A stretch of 63,674 nt of DNA, filler included, from Platydemus manokwari (taxonomy: Eukaryota), in the NCBI GenBank assembly GCA_037951405.1. It is 6 parts of 6 records of this genome, joined end to end, with 100 filler letters (N's around TTAATTAATTAA, not from the genome) between each part and the next. Parts side by side here need not be neighbours in the genome. Positions count along the whole stretch, not along the records: positions 33,503 to 45,347 come from JBBMOY010437777.1; positions 45,448 to 54,312 come from JBBMOY011337539.1; positions 54,413 to 63,674 come from JBBMOY011275873.1; 3 more parts are not named here. One strand, given 5' to 3'. Both the position numbers and the translations under genes were made by a program. Within the stretch, counting starts at the first letter, position 1. The number at the start of each line of letters is the position of its first letter. Below the pieces are notes generated by a model. The model saw only the letters and a list, made by a program, of their open reading frames with translations, was not told the DNA's origin and did not search any database. This document shows, in pieces, positions 42,583 through 56,606 of this stretch.

Positions 42583-45347
42583 CAATAATTTTGAAGAATT
42601 CATTTGAACTTGTTTCGATCTCTACATTAACGTCTTACCTTCACTATTCATATTAATGATTTTTGAAAATGTTGTTGCCCTTCGTTAAATAGTTGTAGAC
42701 GATTCATGCTCTTGTTTGATACGACAAAATTGGTGAACAATTTATCAGATATCTCGACATTTTTACATAAGTCGAATGAATGTGAAGATCTATTATTTTC
42801 GTATTATGCTCGTATTTTTATGTCTACTTCTGTTATTTTTCTTAAAAGCTGTAGGCTTTTTTAAAATCGAAATTGTGATTAAAATACTGTAATGATGTTT
42901 AATATAATTTTGACGAATGCATGACATCCAGATTCATTAATGAGTTGAAAAAGATTTTCTTAAGACTAAAAGAGTCTGGTGAATATTCCTCATGTCATGA
43001 TTGGATTTAAATTCTACTCCCTCAGCTTAACATTGGAAAATGTATACGGAATTCCAAACGTTGTTGATTTTGTTTAAAATAATTCTGACAAAATAGCATG
43101 AATATGACATGTTATCGTTCCTTAAAATACGTGGCAGTTGGCTATTTTACGGGGACTACCTGTATGAGATTTGTTTTTAATTTCTTATATTTGTATTTAT
43201 ACTATGTAACTCCTGATTCGTACGATATTTGACATAATTGTTGATGAGATCCATTGTGGATTTGATTACTCTATGAATTTATTTTATTTTATTTTTTATT
43301 CTAGAGTAGTGATTGGGCTGTAGGTTCGTGAGCAATTTTATAGATGTAAAACATTATTTAATAGATATACTAATCGAATAAATAATTTTGTTAACTATAA
43401 GTGACGCCTTTGTGTTTCTCGGAATAATTGGAGTAGATAACTGGATACAAGTTGGGTTGTGTGGTAATTTCATGTAGTTCCAAGGTGCTCAATAGAAAAT
43501 TAGTCCAATTCAACATCAATTTCGAATAATTTCAGTGAACTTAATCAGCTACTGAGGTCCATGGCAGCAAAATTAGTTTGATTCCAATAAAATTTATTTC
43601 TTCAAATCATTAATAATAAATTTCATCAAAGATATGTTTAAAATCAACAGTCAACCAGGATTCATTTATTTGAAATATAAATTTGGACAATTATTAGATA
43701 AAAATTTTATGAATAAAATTCGGGAGGCTGGGAAAATCAGCTGGACGATTTTAAAAAATATTTATGAATTAACAAATAAAAAAATAGACTTTGTGGGGAA
43801 CCATACTAACTATCCGAGAACCAAAAAAATCACAATCAAAACGTATAAAAAACTTAAAAATACAATAAAAACAAAGTTAACAAATTTTAACAAAAAATAT
43901 ACGTAAAATTTTTAAAAATTTATTTAAACGTATAAAAATTAAAAATTGTTTAATCAATCTCAAGATCATAAGAAAAAATTCCACAAAAATCTAAAAATAG
44001 AAATCACATCATATAAAAAAATAGAATAACAACAATTGTTGCTATAAATATCTACGTTAGCTGAAAATAATAACTTTTACAACAGAGTCGCCAAAAATAA
44101 TAACACGTGAGACTAAGCATAAAATAAATTAAAATAGTGTATAAACAAGTGGCACCATTTTATGCACAAAATTAATATAACTATTTCGAGTACAAATTTG
44201 TAACCACCATATTAATCGGACATTTATTCCACTGAATTTCCTTATTATTTTCAGTGTGAATTTTATTTATTATTCAGGCCAACTATTACTGTAATAATTA
44301 TGTTCAAAGTCTTGTGGTCTTTTAAAATCCAATTAGAAGCTTATACTTGGTTCTCCACCTTCTTTTATAAAGAGACCTTTTCGAGCATTTTATCTTGGGG
44401 ATACTGTGTTTATGTAATACAATTATATATTATCTGCTACTGTTATAAAATTATCTCAATTAATCGAATATATTTTACTGTTTTATTTTATAATCAGTAT
44501 TTATATTTCAAATATTATTTGATAATATCAAATGATTAAATTGAAGTCCAGATAAGTTAAAATTTTAAAAAACCTTCTGACACAAAGTTTATCAAATCTT
44601 TAACACTTCCAACTGCAGAATTAAATGAGTTTATAAATTTAATTTTTAGATTCCTCCTACTATATTTCTAGACAAGAATCTAAGGATAATAGTTGATACA
44701 TTAGACATCCAAACGATGTTTAAAATCGACTTACAGGTCACATATGCAATTCAAATTTATCTAAACACTGAATTATAGATTTTATATAGAAGAAAATCGT
44801 GTTTTAACCTATTTAGATTCTATAAAAGCGCTCGACAAATAATAAAACTGTCTTTCGCTATTTGTTGTGATTTATATTTGACAGAAATTTAGTAATAAAT
44901 CACTAAAATCGTATAAAAATAAAATAATAGTTATTGATGTGATCATCTATTTAATGATCTGAATATTTATAGTGTATGGATCTCCAGTATAAAATTAGTG
45001 AAGAAATCTGTTCGATAAATTGGTTCAACAAATCAAATATTTTAAAACTCCAATAATCATGGTATTGAGATTATTGATCAAATAAAAAATATGTGTGTGA
45101 GCATGGGAGATTGGTGATGAAAAAGTGATGAATAATATGGATGAATAAATTATTTCAGGATCTAATAAAATGACTGATAAAAATATCGAAAATAATAACA
45201 ATCATAACATAATCGCAATGAAAATCTTCACAAAAGCAACAGAACCCGCAGAAGAGATTTAATTATGATCTAATCAATAAATTAATTTTGTTCTGAACTT
45301 CTGACGGTTTATGATCAACACTTGAAGATACCGATTATGGAATATAA

Positions 45348-45447
45348 NNNNNNNNNNNNNNNNNNNNNNNNNNNNNNNNNNNNNNNNNNNNTTAATTAAT
45401 TAANNNNNNNNNNNNNNNNNNNNNNNNNNNNNNNNNNNNNNNNNNNN
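45348..45447. other. Artificial contig linker
   Basis: N44-TTAATTAATTAA-N44. Confidence 0.97.
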
Positions 45448-47699
45448 TAATAATAATAATAATAATAATAAATGACGATAAAAATGAAAATAAAATATGA
45501 CAATAATAATTGATTATAAAAAATTATAATAGAAATTATGATAATAATAATAAATGATTATAATTAATGATAAGGATTATAAATTATAAATAATTATTTT
45601 GTGATACATCTAAACTGGTAACGTCTATGAAAAACAGCAAAAAAGTTTCCACCGAATAAAAAAACATTTTCAATCAATTGCGAGATAAACAAATATCCAA
45701 TGAAACAAATCAAGAATAATCCAATTATTGAAATAATTAGTTAAAACATCGACTTGGGTTTTGAGCAGTAATTCTTCAAAGAGATATTTTATGATTTACC
45801 GTATTATTATAAACAAACAGAAATCTGAAATTTTCGTACAATTTTGTCACTATTTTAATAAATAGAAATAGAAATCACTTTTAATGAAAAATTTTGTGGA
45901 AAAAATATGTTTTCTATCGATATGATCACTTCGAATAATCAACAAACAAAAGATCTATGATTATGTTTACAAACATTAAATAAAACAATATAACTCACTT
46001 ATTTATTTTTTTTTTTTACTTTTTTTGAGCATTGAATGCTCGTCAAGAGCTTTTGTGAATTGCTAGAGATATCCGGTAATTATGTTATGCTTTTAAGTAA
46101 ATTGTTATAAATTAGGAAAACATAATCAATATATAAATTTTGGGTACAATTTTATATTTTGTATTAGCATTGGAGAAGATAATCAATAATAGATTGATAA
46201 TAGTACTGTAATAATATTTAAAAAAACAAAAGCTTAAAGAATAAATTTCAAAATTTTACAAATATTTCGCCTTTATATTGGTTTGATCTTCTGAAATCAA
46301 TTATAAAATCTTTTGATTTTCTGATTCTAAATATTATCACAATCGATAAAAAAGTACTTTTCCCCCACATTTATACAATAAGAATTTATAATATTAATCA
46401 TAATCATTAATATATAACTGAAACTACTACTCAGCTGAATTGAGTGGCTGTATTCGCTATCTGAATTCTTTCTAAATGAAGTTAGTTGTGAAGTAAAAAC
46501 ACTAACAACTTTTTTCGGCAAATATATTTGATTTATACCGATTTACAGAAGAACAGTGCCATATAATTCAGAGTTCATAATATTTGTCTCAAGACAATAA
46601 TTTCTTCTGGTCTAAAAAATTGGTTACTGACACCAAATTCATTCCAGGAGCTACTACAGTACATCCTCTTCCCCTATTTTTAAAGCTGACTTTGTTACTG
46701 ACATCGTTCCCATGTGGAGCCTCCATTGGTCTTATTTATATTCTACTTTATACAAGTAAGAGTTATTTTATTTATCATTTTCTTAACCATCCCTAGTTTC
46801 TTTATTACTGTATCGTAGGTCTGTGTTCCTAGAACCAAGTTCCTAGAACTCCTACAACAAAAATGAACAATAGTACCACAGTCCAATGGGGTCACTTTTT
46901 TATCTCATTTCGGATGTCTGAGTATTTTCTATATTTTTTGAGTTGTTTCAGCCAATTAAGCAAGTTCATACACGGGGCATTTTAAATCAATTAGGACGAT
47001 CGTGGATTTTCGATCAATTATTAATTGAAGATCCACCTTAAATTTGAATTCCTTGAATTGGTATTCTTTCTCTACAAAGACTCTATAATCCTATACTCTG
47101 TACTGTTAACAATTTCCTTGAAAAGTATATCCATAGTTCTGGATATACAGATACAAATCGAAATGGGACGATTTTAATTAAATATTTAAAATGGCTGAAA
47201 ATAAAAGATAAACCTTATTATGAATTTTTCAACCGCTTAGTTTGTGAAATAGTTTGGTCACAATTAACATTCGCTAGCTCAATATCATTCAATAAAATAA
47301 CAAAAATATTTTATCAATTGTGACTAGCTTTGATTGATTTTATTGATGGGTAAAGGTTATATTATTTAAAAATCGTAACAACTTTAAGTTGTAGGTATAT
47401 CCAAGATTTTTCATTGGTTGTACATGGTTTTTATTACGTTTGAGTATTAATATTCATTAATATTAATATTTTTATTAAACCAAATGAGATGATATTAACT
47501 AAGTCTGGTTGTATTTCTTTCTCTAATATTTTAAATTTGTGAATATTTATCGTTTAATATTCTCCAAGCACAAATATCAAGTAATATCTCGAAAACAAAC
47601 AAGTTGAATCCTAAAATCATTTCTAAATTATGAGAAACAATTTAAAAGAATTCGATAAAAATGTCTAGAGATAATTATAAAAAAATTCCGAATACAAAC

Positions 47700-47840
47700 C
47701 TTGTAAGGTCTTTCTCCATACGAGAACACCTCCCACAAAGTTATACCATAACTCCATACATCTGATTTGCTATCGAATCGAAAGTAATAAATACATTCTG
47801 GTGCATACCATTTTAAAGGCCATTTTCCAGCAGTTGCAGC
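47700..47840 (-). CDS. Single exon of a SYK/ZAP70-family tyrosine kinase (subdomains VIII-IX)
   Basis: [47 protein letters not shown] contains [12 protein letters not shown], characteristic of SYK/ZAP70. 141-nt phase-0 exon with a CAG acceptor and GT donor. Confidence 0.88.
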
Positions 47841-50800
47841 CTGAATTGATTGAGACAATCATTTTATAATCGAATAAAAACGTTCAGAAACAATGATTAA
47901 AAACTCTTTCGTTGAATCAAATGGTTTTGCGAGGATAAGGCAATCATTTTAAGTTCACTGATTTAACAATACAATTATGAATATTAAATGGGGTTGATCA
48001 ATTCCCCATACCATATACGTTAACAGTGAAATTTTAAATTAAAAATCATCATAAACTTTGATTTAACTAGATAAAATTTGATTACAAAAATATCAAATCA
48101 AAAAATTATAAATTGTAATGATAAAATAAGTTTGTATACTATAAATATCTTCATAGGAAGTATTCCCACAATTTAATTAAAACGATATTACCGTAATTTG
48201 TGACTTTTTATAAGCTTATAATAGTTTATAGAAACTACAGTTCAGAATATAAGCATCAAACTCACAATTTTCTTGTGTTTAATAATAATTATGATTAATA
48301 TATAATTTGTTGTGGAAAGAAACGCATAATTTTTAATTAAAAATTGTTAAAAATTTAGAATAAATTATTATTATTAGGTTTATCACAGAGTTTCTTAGAT
48401 TCATAATGAAAGAAAAAATACCTTAGATAAAAAAATAACAAGGATTACAAGAACAAATAGATGAATTACAAAACCCATGTGAAATTCTTGATGTACAGGA
48501 GATTCGCATGTGAATAATGAATCATAACAGTACGGGCATGAAGGTATGTGTGTTGATTTGCATGCTTATTAACGATTACACAATTGTTTTTATTTTCAGT
48601 TACGATTTTCTATTAAAACCTCCAATGACGTAAATATAATTACGTCATCGACAGTGAGACAATTTATTTAGATACACATAGTTGTTATCATAAATAAAGT
48701 TTTCATTATAATAAATCGTGCTATTAATGCTCACTATATCAGATATAATTAGCGTATAATTATAACATTGTGATCAAAACAAAATATTGTATTTAACAAC
48801 GATAAGCAAAACTAAGTAATGATTATTAAAACGAAATAAGCGAAGTTGAATAATTACAAGTAATTTAATTATTAATCGTACAAGAATAGCCACGACGTGA
48901 TTTGAGTTACGAATTATCTTAACAATGCTCGGGCATCAAGAAAACACAGAAGTAACTTTTTAAACGTAGTTAATTTCATTATGAGTTTAGCTAATTGGAT
49001 TTAGTTGTTTATGTTCGTTCTATAATAAGAAAAATATTCGTTATTAGTTTTTCGTAAATATTATTATTATTATAATTGTTATTATTTACTCGAGTTTTAT
49101 TATTGTTATTCAATGTGAAAAAAACACATGTTGAGTTGCAAAGAATAGCCGGTAATAATCTAGCATTTAATATCACAAATCTTTGACAAAACGAAAGCTG
49201 ATGAATCAAAAGATCCGTCTATCTTATTTTTTTTAACTTCATACCCAAACATCTGGAGATGTTAAATAGAAAGTTCAATGTTTATTTCAATCGGCATTCA
49301 AATGAGTTGATTAAGCAAGATGTTGTTAATATTCTTAATCACAATCAATCGACGATTGTCAACACCAATAGAAACTTTCGACATGAAATTTCAAAACAGA
49401 GGATTAAAAAAGAGTAACTTAATAGAAACTGAGAAAATATAATTATGAAAATTGATTTCACAAAAATCAGTCACTCCAACGGAGGCAAAATAATTAAAAT
49501 TCAAAGAAGAAATTTTAAATAAAATAAAATTTATTTACTAAATAAGTTATTAATATAATTATTAAGTAATTTAATTGTTTGGATTTAACCAGTGAAAATC
49601 ATAATAATTAGAATAATAATATAATTATAGATTGCTGAGATTAAATTTGTAATACTCTTTAAAATAAATTCAATTTAATTAAAACAAATATTTAATTGCA
49701 CATTTATTTTATAATAATCGATTTCAATAAATAATCGATAAAATGAGCTCAAAAAACTGAATTAGATAGACATGAATTGATACATAGTTTTTATTAATTT
49801 ATTTTATATCACAAGGTCGGAACAATGGCGAAATATATCTCGATTTTGACTCCCAAGGCCATTTAATTTTCCCGTAAAAAGCTTTGATTGAATGCAAACC
49901 ACGAATATGCGAATTACAAACATAGCAGTAATCATAACGTAGTCAGATTAATAAATTTATTTATGAGTTTGTATAAAATTTTCAAAATTGAAATTGCCAG
50001 CTTGGCAATAATAAGTACTCTATGTTCTCCATTTCACCTAATTCTGGACTGACTGCAAGTAGAAATCACAGTATAATATATGACTTAATAAAAAGAAACA
50101 AAGAATTAATACGATAAAGTAATTAATTAAAATATAAAATGACTACTAATCTGTTATTCATTTTTTTTACTTTTTCATATAGTTTTTATAAAAAATATCA
50201 TTATTTTATTTTTCGAAAATGTTTAAAATAATAATTATAATCCTCTTCTTAATTAAAATGCTTTTAATTTAAAAAAGATTATCAAATAATTAAATTATTA
50301 TTAAAAGAAAGATGATTATAAGATTTATTTTAAAAGGCTGAAAATCAATTAAATTTTATTATTGACTTCAAAATATTAATTCAGTTCAAAAAGCTCTTCA
50401 AAGTAAGTATAAAGCTGAAGGAAAATTGAAATTTAGTCTTTTGTGCTTAATATTTGTAAATCAGTGAATATGATTGAGTAAGGAGTTTTAATCGGCATTT
50501 TTAAAAAGCTAGAATATTAAAAGCTCATATATACCTACATGATGAATAAACTGCAACTCTGACAATTATTCTTGATAACTTTGGTTATATGGCCAATATT
50601 TAAGACATAGTCATTAATAATTCCCGATTTCAACCCAGATAAAGTTCTAAAATAGCTATAAATCGCTCAAATAATCTCATCGGTCATTGTGGAACGTACA
50701 CAAAATCAAAGGAAAGTAAAAATGTTATATATTTTTTTATTCGATTCACTTCATAAAATAATAAAACAAGATTCATTTTAAATTTTAATGTGAAAATTAT

Positions 50801-51224
50801 ATATTTAAATATTCTAATATCAATAAAAGATTTAGTTTACACGAGAAAGAGTTTGTTTCTCATATTTTATCGATAAATCTATTTTTATTCGGTGGTTTAA
50901 TAATTTTGAATTTCGATACAGAATGGTTCAAAATGAAATTTAAATCCTTGAAACCAATTATTTAATGTAGTGAAATGTATCGTTTTGTACATATTGTGGA
51001 TAAAATTCAGATTTATCGCCGATTTCAAACAAATATTTGAACTCATATTTTCCCTTGAAAATCGATTAATTTCACTTGTGAATTTGAAGGTCTTAATTGT
51101 ATGGCAAGGCCGAATTGATTTAAGAATAATTAAAAAAATGATTTTACGCTGAAGTTTATTTTGTAATATTAATAAAATAATAAAATAAACTCAATCATGT
51201 CAGTATGTTAGTGGATTGTTGAGT

Positions 51225-51560
51225 AGAGTCGAAATCTTGCAAAAGAAAAACTGATTTGCGTATTGGAACCCTTGTTTTAGCACTTTAAGCATACACAACT
51301 ATACAGGTATGGCAATCAGCCAATCACACCTGACTTAGACGAAAAACGATAAAGAGACAGAGCTACACAGCAAGAGATAGGGATTAGGCAATGCAGCATA
51401 TACAAAACCGACAAGTTCAATAGAAATATGAGAAATTAAAATGTGATATAAATGTGTTACAAAAATTGCATACAGATCTCGGTTTATAAATATCGATGTA
51501 AGGATGGCCAATTGCCAGTTGAAAGCCAGGTTTTGGTTGGGTTTTTGAGTTATTGTATTG
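51225..51560 (-). repeat. Dispersed repeat family, copy C (inverted relative to A and B)
   Basis: Reverse complement contains CAACCAAAACC...CGAGATCTGTATGCAATTTTTGT...GTGATTGGCTGATTGCCATACCTGTA...CTTAAAGTGCTAAAACAA...TTTTGCAAGATTTCG. Confidence 0.7.
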
Positions 51561-54312
51561 AGTTTTATAGATGTATTGATTGGTAAGAGTAATAGAAATA
51601 AAGTTTGCAACCTTTGATTTTTGGTGTTAGTAATTATTTAGTTATCCAGAATTTAGTACCTACAGTATGGATGGTGAAGGATATTAATTGGAACTCAGAT
51701 TGGACGTAACCTTTATGATAAATGTCTACATCTTTCACAATAAATTTCTAAAACACGGCAGAAACCGAGCCTTATCAACCGATGGATTAAGTTAGAAAAT
51801 TGGGTCTTGGATCAAGACAAATGAGCTCTTTGAAAGACGTAGTTTAATAAGGGTAAAGTCCCAAAGAAATCATAAAAAATCCGGACTTAAAAGGTCTGTG
51901 TTGGATGGCTTACTTGTTTTGTAATATTTTGGAAATTCGCATGGGTTAAAATTTGAATCAACTATAATCCAAAAAATTCTCTCTTATATTTTTCCTTTTC
52001 ATATCCGGAGAATAGAAAATACACGGAATATTCTGAGAATTTATTCAAAACTTAGTTTCTGGATCAGGTTCTGAATATACCACAAAGATTTTGCTGACAC
52101 AAAACCATTAAAAAGACAACAAAAATTTCGAAGTTCAAGCCATCATTTCAAGCCATCATTATTTGACAACCGAAGAAATTATCTCTCCTTCAATTTTATG
52201 TAAAGTGGTAAGCTAATTTAAGGATTCATTGTAAAATAACAGATGATTTTGTTACTAGAACAATGTCTTCTGAAAGAACAGGTGTTTGTGTTCTGCATAT
52301 TAGGCCCATGAATATTGTTAAGAACAATGATATGCAATGATAGTCATACTGGTTTTAGAATATCTTCAATCCATGTTGTCATTGACTAAAAACTATTCAG
52401 AGGTAATTCTTGCAAATTTTAAATTTATTTTAAAGACTTTCAATTATAAAAAATAAATTGTAAAACTTGTTTTGAAAAATCTATGATAAAATTTATTTTA
52501 TATGGAATTCTTAAGTTTGTATTCAATTAAAAACTTAAGCCAAATAATACTGGCTAACAGATGCTTCTATTTCAAAGGACCACAACGTAAAAATTCAAAT
52601 ATAAATCTTTCCTAATCTGTTCTGATTTCGAAGCGCTTTTCTTCATGACTATAAAGATAGAGAATAATATAAAAAATCTGAGCCAAGTCAGAATTACCAG
52701 TGAATTCGATTAAATCAAATGGAAAATATATATAACGGTTTATCTAATAAAGCTGCACTGTCATATTGTCAGCTAAATCGCACTAATGATCAATTATCGT
52801 CGTTCTCAAAAGAGAATAGCGTTTACATCTGTCAACTTTCTTTAAGATCTTAAATTTCTTACTTCAAAAATCCATTCTTTCATCATTTCCTCATCACGAA
52901 ATATCATTAAATAATAATAAATTACACACCGAAATTGTTATGTTTGATATGAGTAAGTCTATATGAATTAGAGCAATTAATCGATATTAAATACCATCAA
53001 ATTTGATGGATTTAAAGAGGAATGATAGACTAAAAATAGAAAATAAATTTTATGTATTATAATTAGACTTGTGATTGGATTTATAAAAAGTGGATTCTTA
53101 AACAAGACCAATTTGTTCCCTTCTTAAACGGTTTGTATTTAAAGGTATGGAGTCAAAGCAACGTTTTAATCAATAAATTTTGATCCAATAAATTATCAAA
53201 CAGAAAATTTAAAACATATTTCAAATTCATCTCACCGAACTTACCATATTAGCGAAATTATCCTAATTGGAAGATAAGTCTATATTATATCCTACATGTC
53301 GGAGTTGTCTACGCCTTAAGTAATGAAAATAAGCAACATAATATATCGGTATTTTCCAATAATTTTTTCACGGCTTCATTGCATAGTTTTCCAAAGTGAT
53401 TTCATTGTAAACTGCTCTTTAATTTAATTTTCGGACTACTATTTAATTCAGTAAAACAAATAAATATTTGATGCTTCATATGAAATATCGCTCTAACGAT
53501 AACAGTTAAAGTAGGATGATATTTGTAGTTGATTTTGTTGATATTAATCAATAAATTTAAAGTTTCTTTCAACCAATCTACTTGGAGCTAATAATAGTAA
53601 TAAACATTATTATTGGAAAAGTTACAAGGCATTATTGAAAGAACAATTAGCAATTCCAACATGTTGTAAACCGATAAGATATTTTTGTAGTCCTTTTTAC
53701 AAATCTGTATAAAATATGATCTGGACTTCATTATTTCACAACTCGCTTATTAGTCAATACAAATCCACAGCATGCCTTGTCCATGGGTCATGGAAATTTG
53801 TTTGAAAAGCATTTTGATTCCATATCAATAAAGCTCTCAAAATATTTATTCTTAATTTTTCAAAAGCAACAATTGTTTAGTTTAGATTTGAAATGATTCA
53901 AACCCATTTGTGATCGTTCACGTTATTAATTCCTAATTCGCTAATCTACCATGTGAGTAGTAACATAAGTCAGTCCTTTGCGGCATAGAAAAAATTAAGA
54001 AAATATATATTTCACACCGATTAGGTATTCAGTCCATTACCAACCCGTACAAGAAATAAATGGAATGACATTTAAAAATAAAAGATGTACTTACAAAATT
54101 AGAGATAATCTGACTTCGATAAATTATTTCCGAGTAAAATGTTTGGTTAAACTGATAAAAACAATCTATAATAGAGAATTCATGCTTTTAATAATTAGAG
54201 AGTAAATATGCTAGCGTGAAGATCTATTGATTATTTATATGTATGCTATCCCTTTAGGTAGAATATACATGTTATATTTTAATAGTAAATGATATTAGAA
54301 AAAAGGAAAAAA

Positions 54313-54412
54313 NNNNNNNNNNNNNNNNNNNNNNNNNNNNNNNNNNNNNNNNNNNNTTAATTAATTAANNNNNNNNNNNNNNNNNNNNNNNNNNNNNNNN
54401 NNNNNNNNNNNN
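54313..54412. other. Artificial contig linker
   Basis: N44-TTAATTAATTAA-N44. Confidence 0.97.
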
Positions 54413-54507
54413 TTAAAAATATATATAACACATGTATATAAAACATCTTCATTTGGTAAAAAAGCAATTGGACAAAATGATGTAGAAAACCGGAAAGAAC
54501 TTTTGGT

Positions 54508-55160
54508 TCACCCTAATATTTGATAAACTATCATTGGTTCTCCCGTGTCACAACTGATTTCATACGCTGTGCAAATTGGATGCGTCATCATTTTCCTGGT
54601 AGGTAAGTCGAACGCTACTTGAAATTTTCTAAGTTGAACTTGATTCTCGCGTTCTACTATTGCATTTTTTATTGTTCGACCCCATATACTGTATAGTCTT
54701 CCGGCACAGTATCCTGATGTTTGTTTCCATCTGACTATATTTCTTTGTTGTCGTATTATCGCTCCTGGTTTTACAATTAATTCTATGCCGTGAATTTTAA
54801 AAATTTTTGTTTGAAATTCATGTTCACATTCTATTGGCGTCACTATAGCTGCTATTGCACTCCATCTTGGCTACAGTTTTTTCGTATATCCTCCATTTTT
54901 TGAACAATAGAATACAAACTCTTGGTATGTAACTATGCACTCTTTTGTCTTTGTTTTTATGAAGTCTCCTTCTTGATATGCATGCAATAATTTCTTCCCT
55001 TCCTGTACCAGGAACACAGGATTTGACTCCGAGCAATCCTCAACATCTAACATAGTTCTGCCCCATTTTTGGCTTTGCGCAGTCAAAGGCTACTAAAGTG
55101 TTGGCCTCTCCATTTATTTCGAAAATGGTCATTTTGACAAGTATCACCTGCATAATGATC
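54508..55160 (-). pseudogene. N-terminal ~215 aa of a chuvirus-like (class III fusion) glycoprotein, env-like; one frameshift (~55062) and one in-frame stop (54871-54873)
   Basis: Reconstruction: IIMQVILVKMTIFEINGEA-NTLVAFDCAKPKMGRTMLDVEDC...ECIVTYQEFVFYCSK...VTPIECEHEFQTKIF...SGYCAGRLYSIWGRTIKNAIVERENQVQL...HPICTAYEISCDTGEPMIVY. Cys order and flanking residues follow the chuvirus glycoprotein pattern (AYDC...LDVxxC; CxxxxxxxxxxCG; GxCxGxxY..G...VxV; CxY...CxD). Confidence 0.7.
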
Positions 55161-56060
55161 GGATTGTCTTTGGCCAATTTTTTAGCTTTCTTTATGGCCT
55201 CTTTTTGTTTGGTTTCTTTCATGATTGGACTGCTCGAGTCGGTTGATGACTCGTCACTTTTTTCTAAAAGAATCTTTTTTAGCGGTGGCTTGCCTTTTAT
55301 TTTTTTGGTTTTTCCATTTAAATTTCCTGGTCGCTATGACTTTCGGCAAAAATCTTTTTTCGTGGTTGTTTGTACGGCACTTTAAATCCTGACTCGTTCC
55401 CCCCAATTAGTGTTCGATTTTCTTATATATCTTTATTATTTGATTATCTCTATCTGTTTGGGCCTTCTCCATTCTTCTTGTTTTTTCGTAATTTTCTCTT
55501 CAAAATTTTTGAATCTTTCATTCCACATGGCCTCATCGTGACCACACTGTGATGGGATATAAGATAGAGATGGCCTGATCTTTGAATCATCATTCATATG
55601 GCTTGTTCCTGCTATCGGCTAAGTGGTTATTGGCTCTGTATTGGTTGCCTCTGGTGATGGTATTTCCCAGCTATATGTGGTCTGAGCATTTGGTTGTTTG
55701 TAGTACTCAGGCATATAGATCGGCCCTTCTAGTGGCTCTCGAACCAATTATTCTCTTTCTCCAGTTGTCGTTGATTGATGAGTTGATCCTATCTTTTAAA
55801 CAGCCTAATGATTGGTTCCACCTGTCGAGCTACCATCTCTGCGGGTTGGCCAATTGTTATTATCTGCGTCACTGGGGCATGTTTGATCAGTGCCAATATG
55901 GCAATTACCTTTTCACAGATACTTTATTTCGGCTGTCCTTTTTTGTTTTCATCATGCTGGTTAATGTCTCTCCATCTTCACTAGTAACACTATAATCTTC
56001 ATCGTTGAGGTCGACTGACCATGTTTTAGTCATAGTTTGAATCTGATATTGTTAGGCAGA

Positions 56061-56606
56061 TTTTCGCCAGATCTGTATTTTATTTGGCCATGGAACAGAA
56101 AAATTATTGATCATTTGTTGTCGTCCTTCTATTTCCTTCCCTTCGTATATGACCTTTATGGTTTTTTCTTCTAATTCTTTAAATGACCATTCAACATGTA
56201 ACCATTTCAACAAACAATCTGTTACTGCTAGTGCGGGCACTTCTGCATGTCTTTCTTGTTCTTCCCCGGTTACATTATTTATTGCAATCATTTGTAACCT
56301 GATTGTCGGGAAAGCATTTTCTGTTATTGGTAATCCATCTGCTTCATCTGGTAATAATTGCACTTCGATAAAATTATCGTGTATTTGCAGCGTGTCTTTG
56401 TCGATCAAATAGTCATAATCCAGTATTTTTCTGCCCTCGTAGGTCATATTAAATGTAGTGCAAATCATTCTCTTTTTCATTAAGGCTTCATAAAACCATT
56501 TCCGCAGTTTTCTTCTAGTAGCACAAGGGTGAAAGTTATGACAACCATTTATTATGTGTTTATTATCCCATTCATAATAATACAAAGCGGTGATCGATAT
56601 TGTTTT
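56061..56606 (-). CDS. Two tandem ubiquitin-like (beta-grasp) domains within the retroelement polyprotein (ORF 56052-56705)
   Basis: Domain 1 FHPCATRRKLRKWF...MTYEGRKILDYDYLID aligns with ubiquitin VEPSDTIENVKAKI...LIFAGKQLEDGRTLSD. Domain 2 reads AEVPALAVTDCLLKWL...IKVIYEGKEIEG. Neither has a C-terminal GG. Confidence 0.6.

Noticed and set aside
43634-44539. Short AT-rich ORFs (43634-43906, 44300-44539) and similar 60-90 aa ORFs elsewhere
   Set aside because: Compositionally biased (K/N/I/F/Y), with no motifs or splice-consistent partners. Consistent with chance.
52988-53016. Short palindromes (CCATCAAATTTGATGG here; ATGACGTAA...TTACGTCAT near 48626-48649)
   Set aside because: Too short to be meaningful in AT-rich sequence without supporting context.
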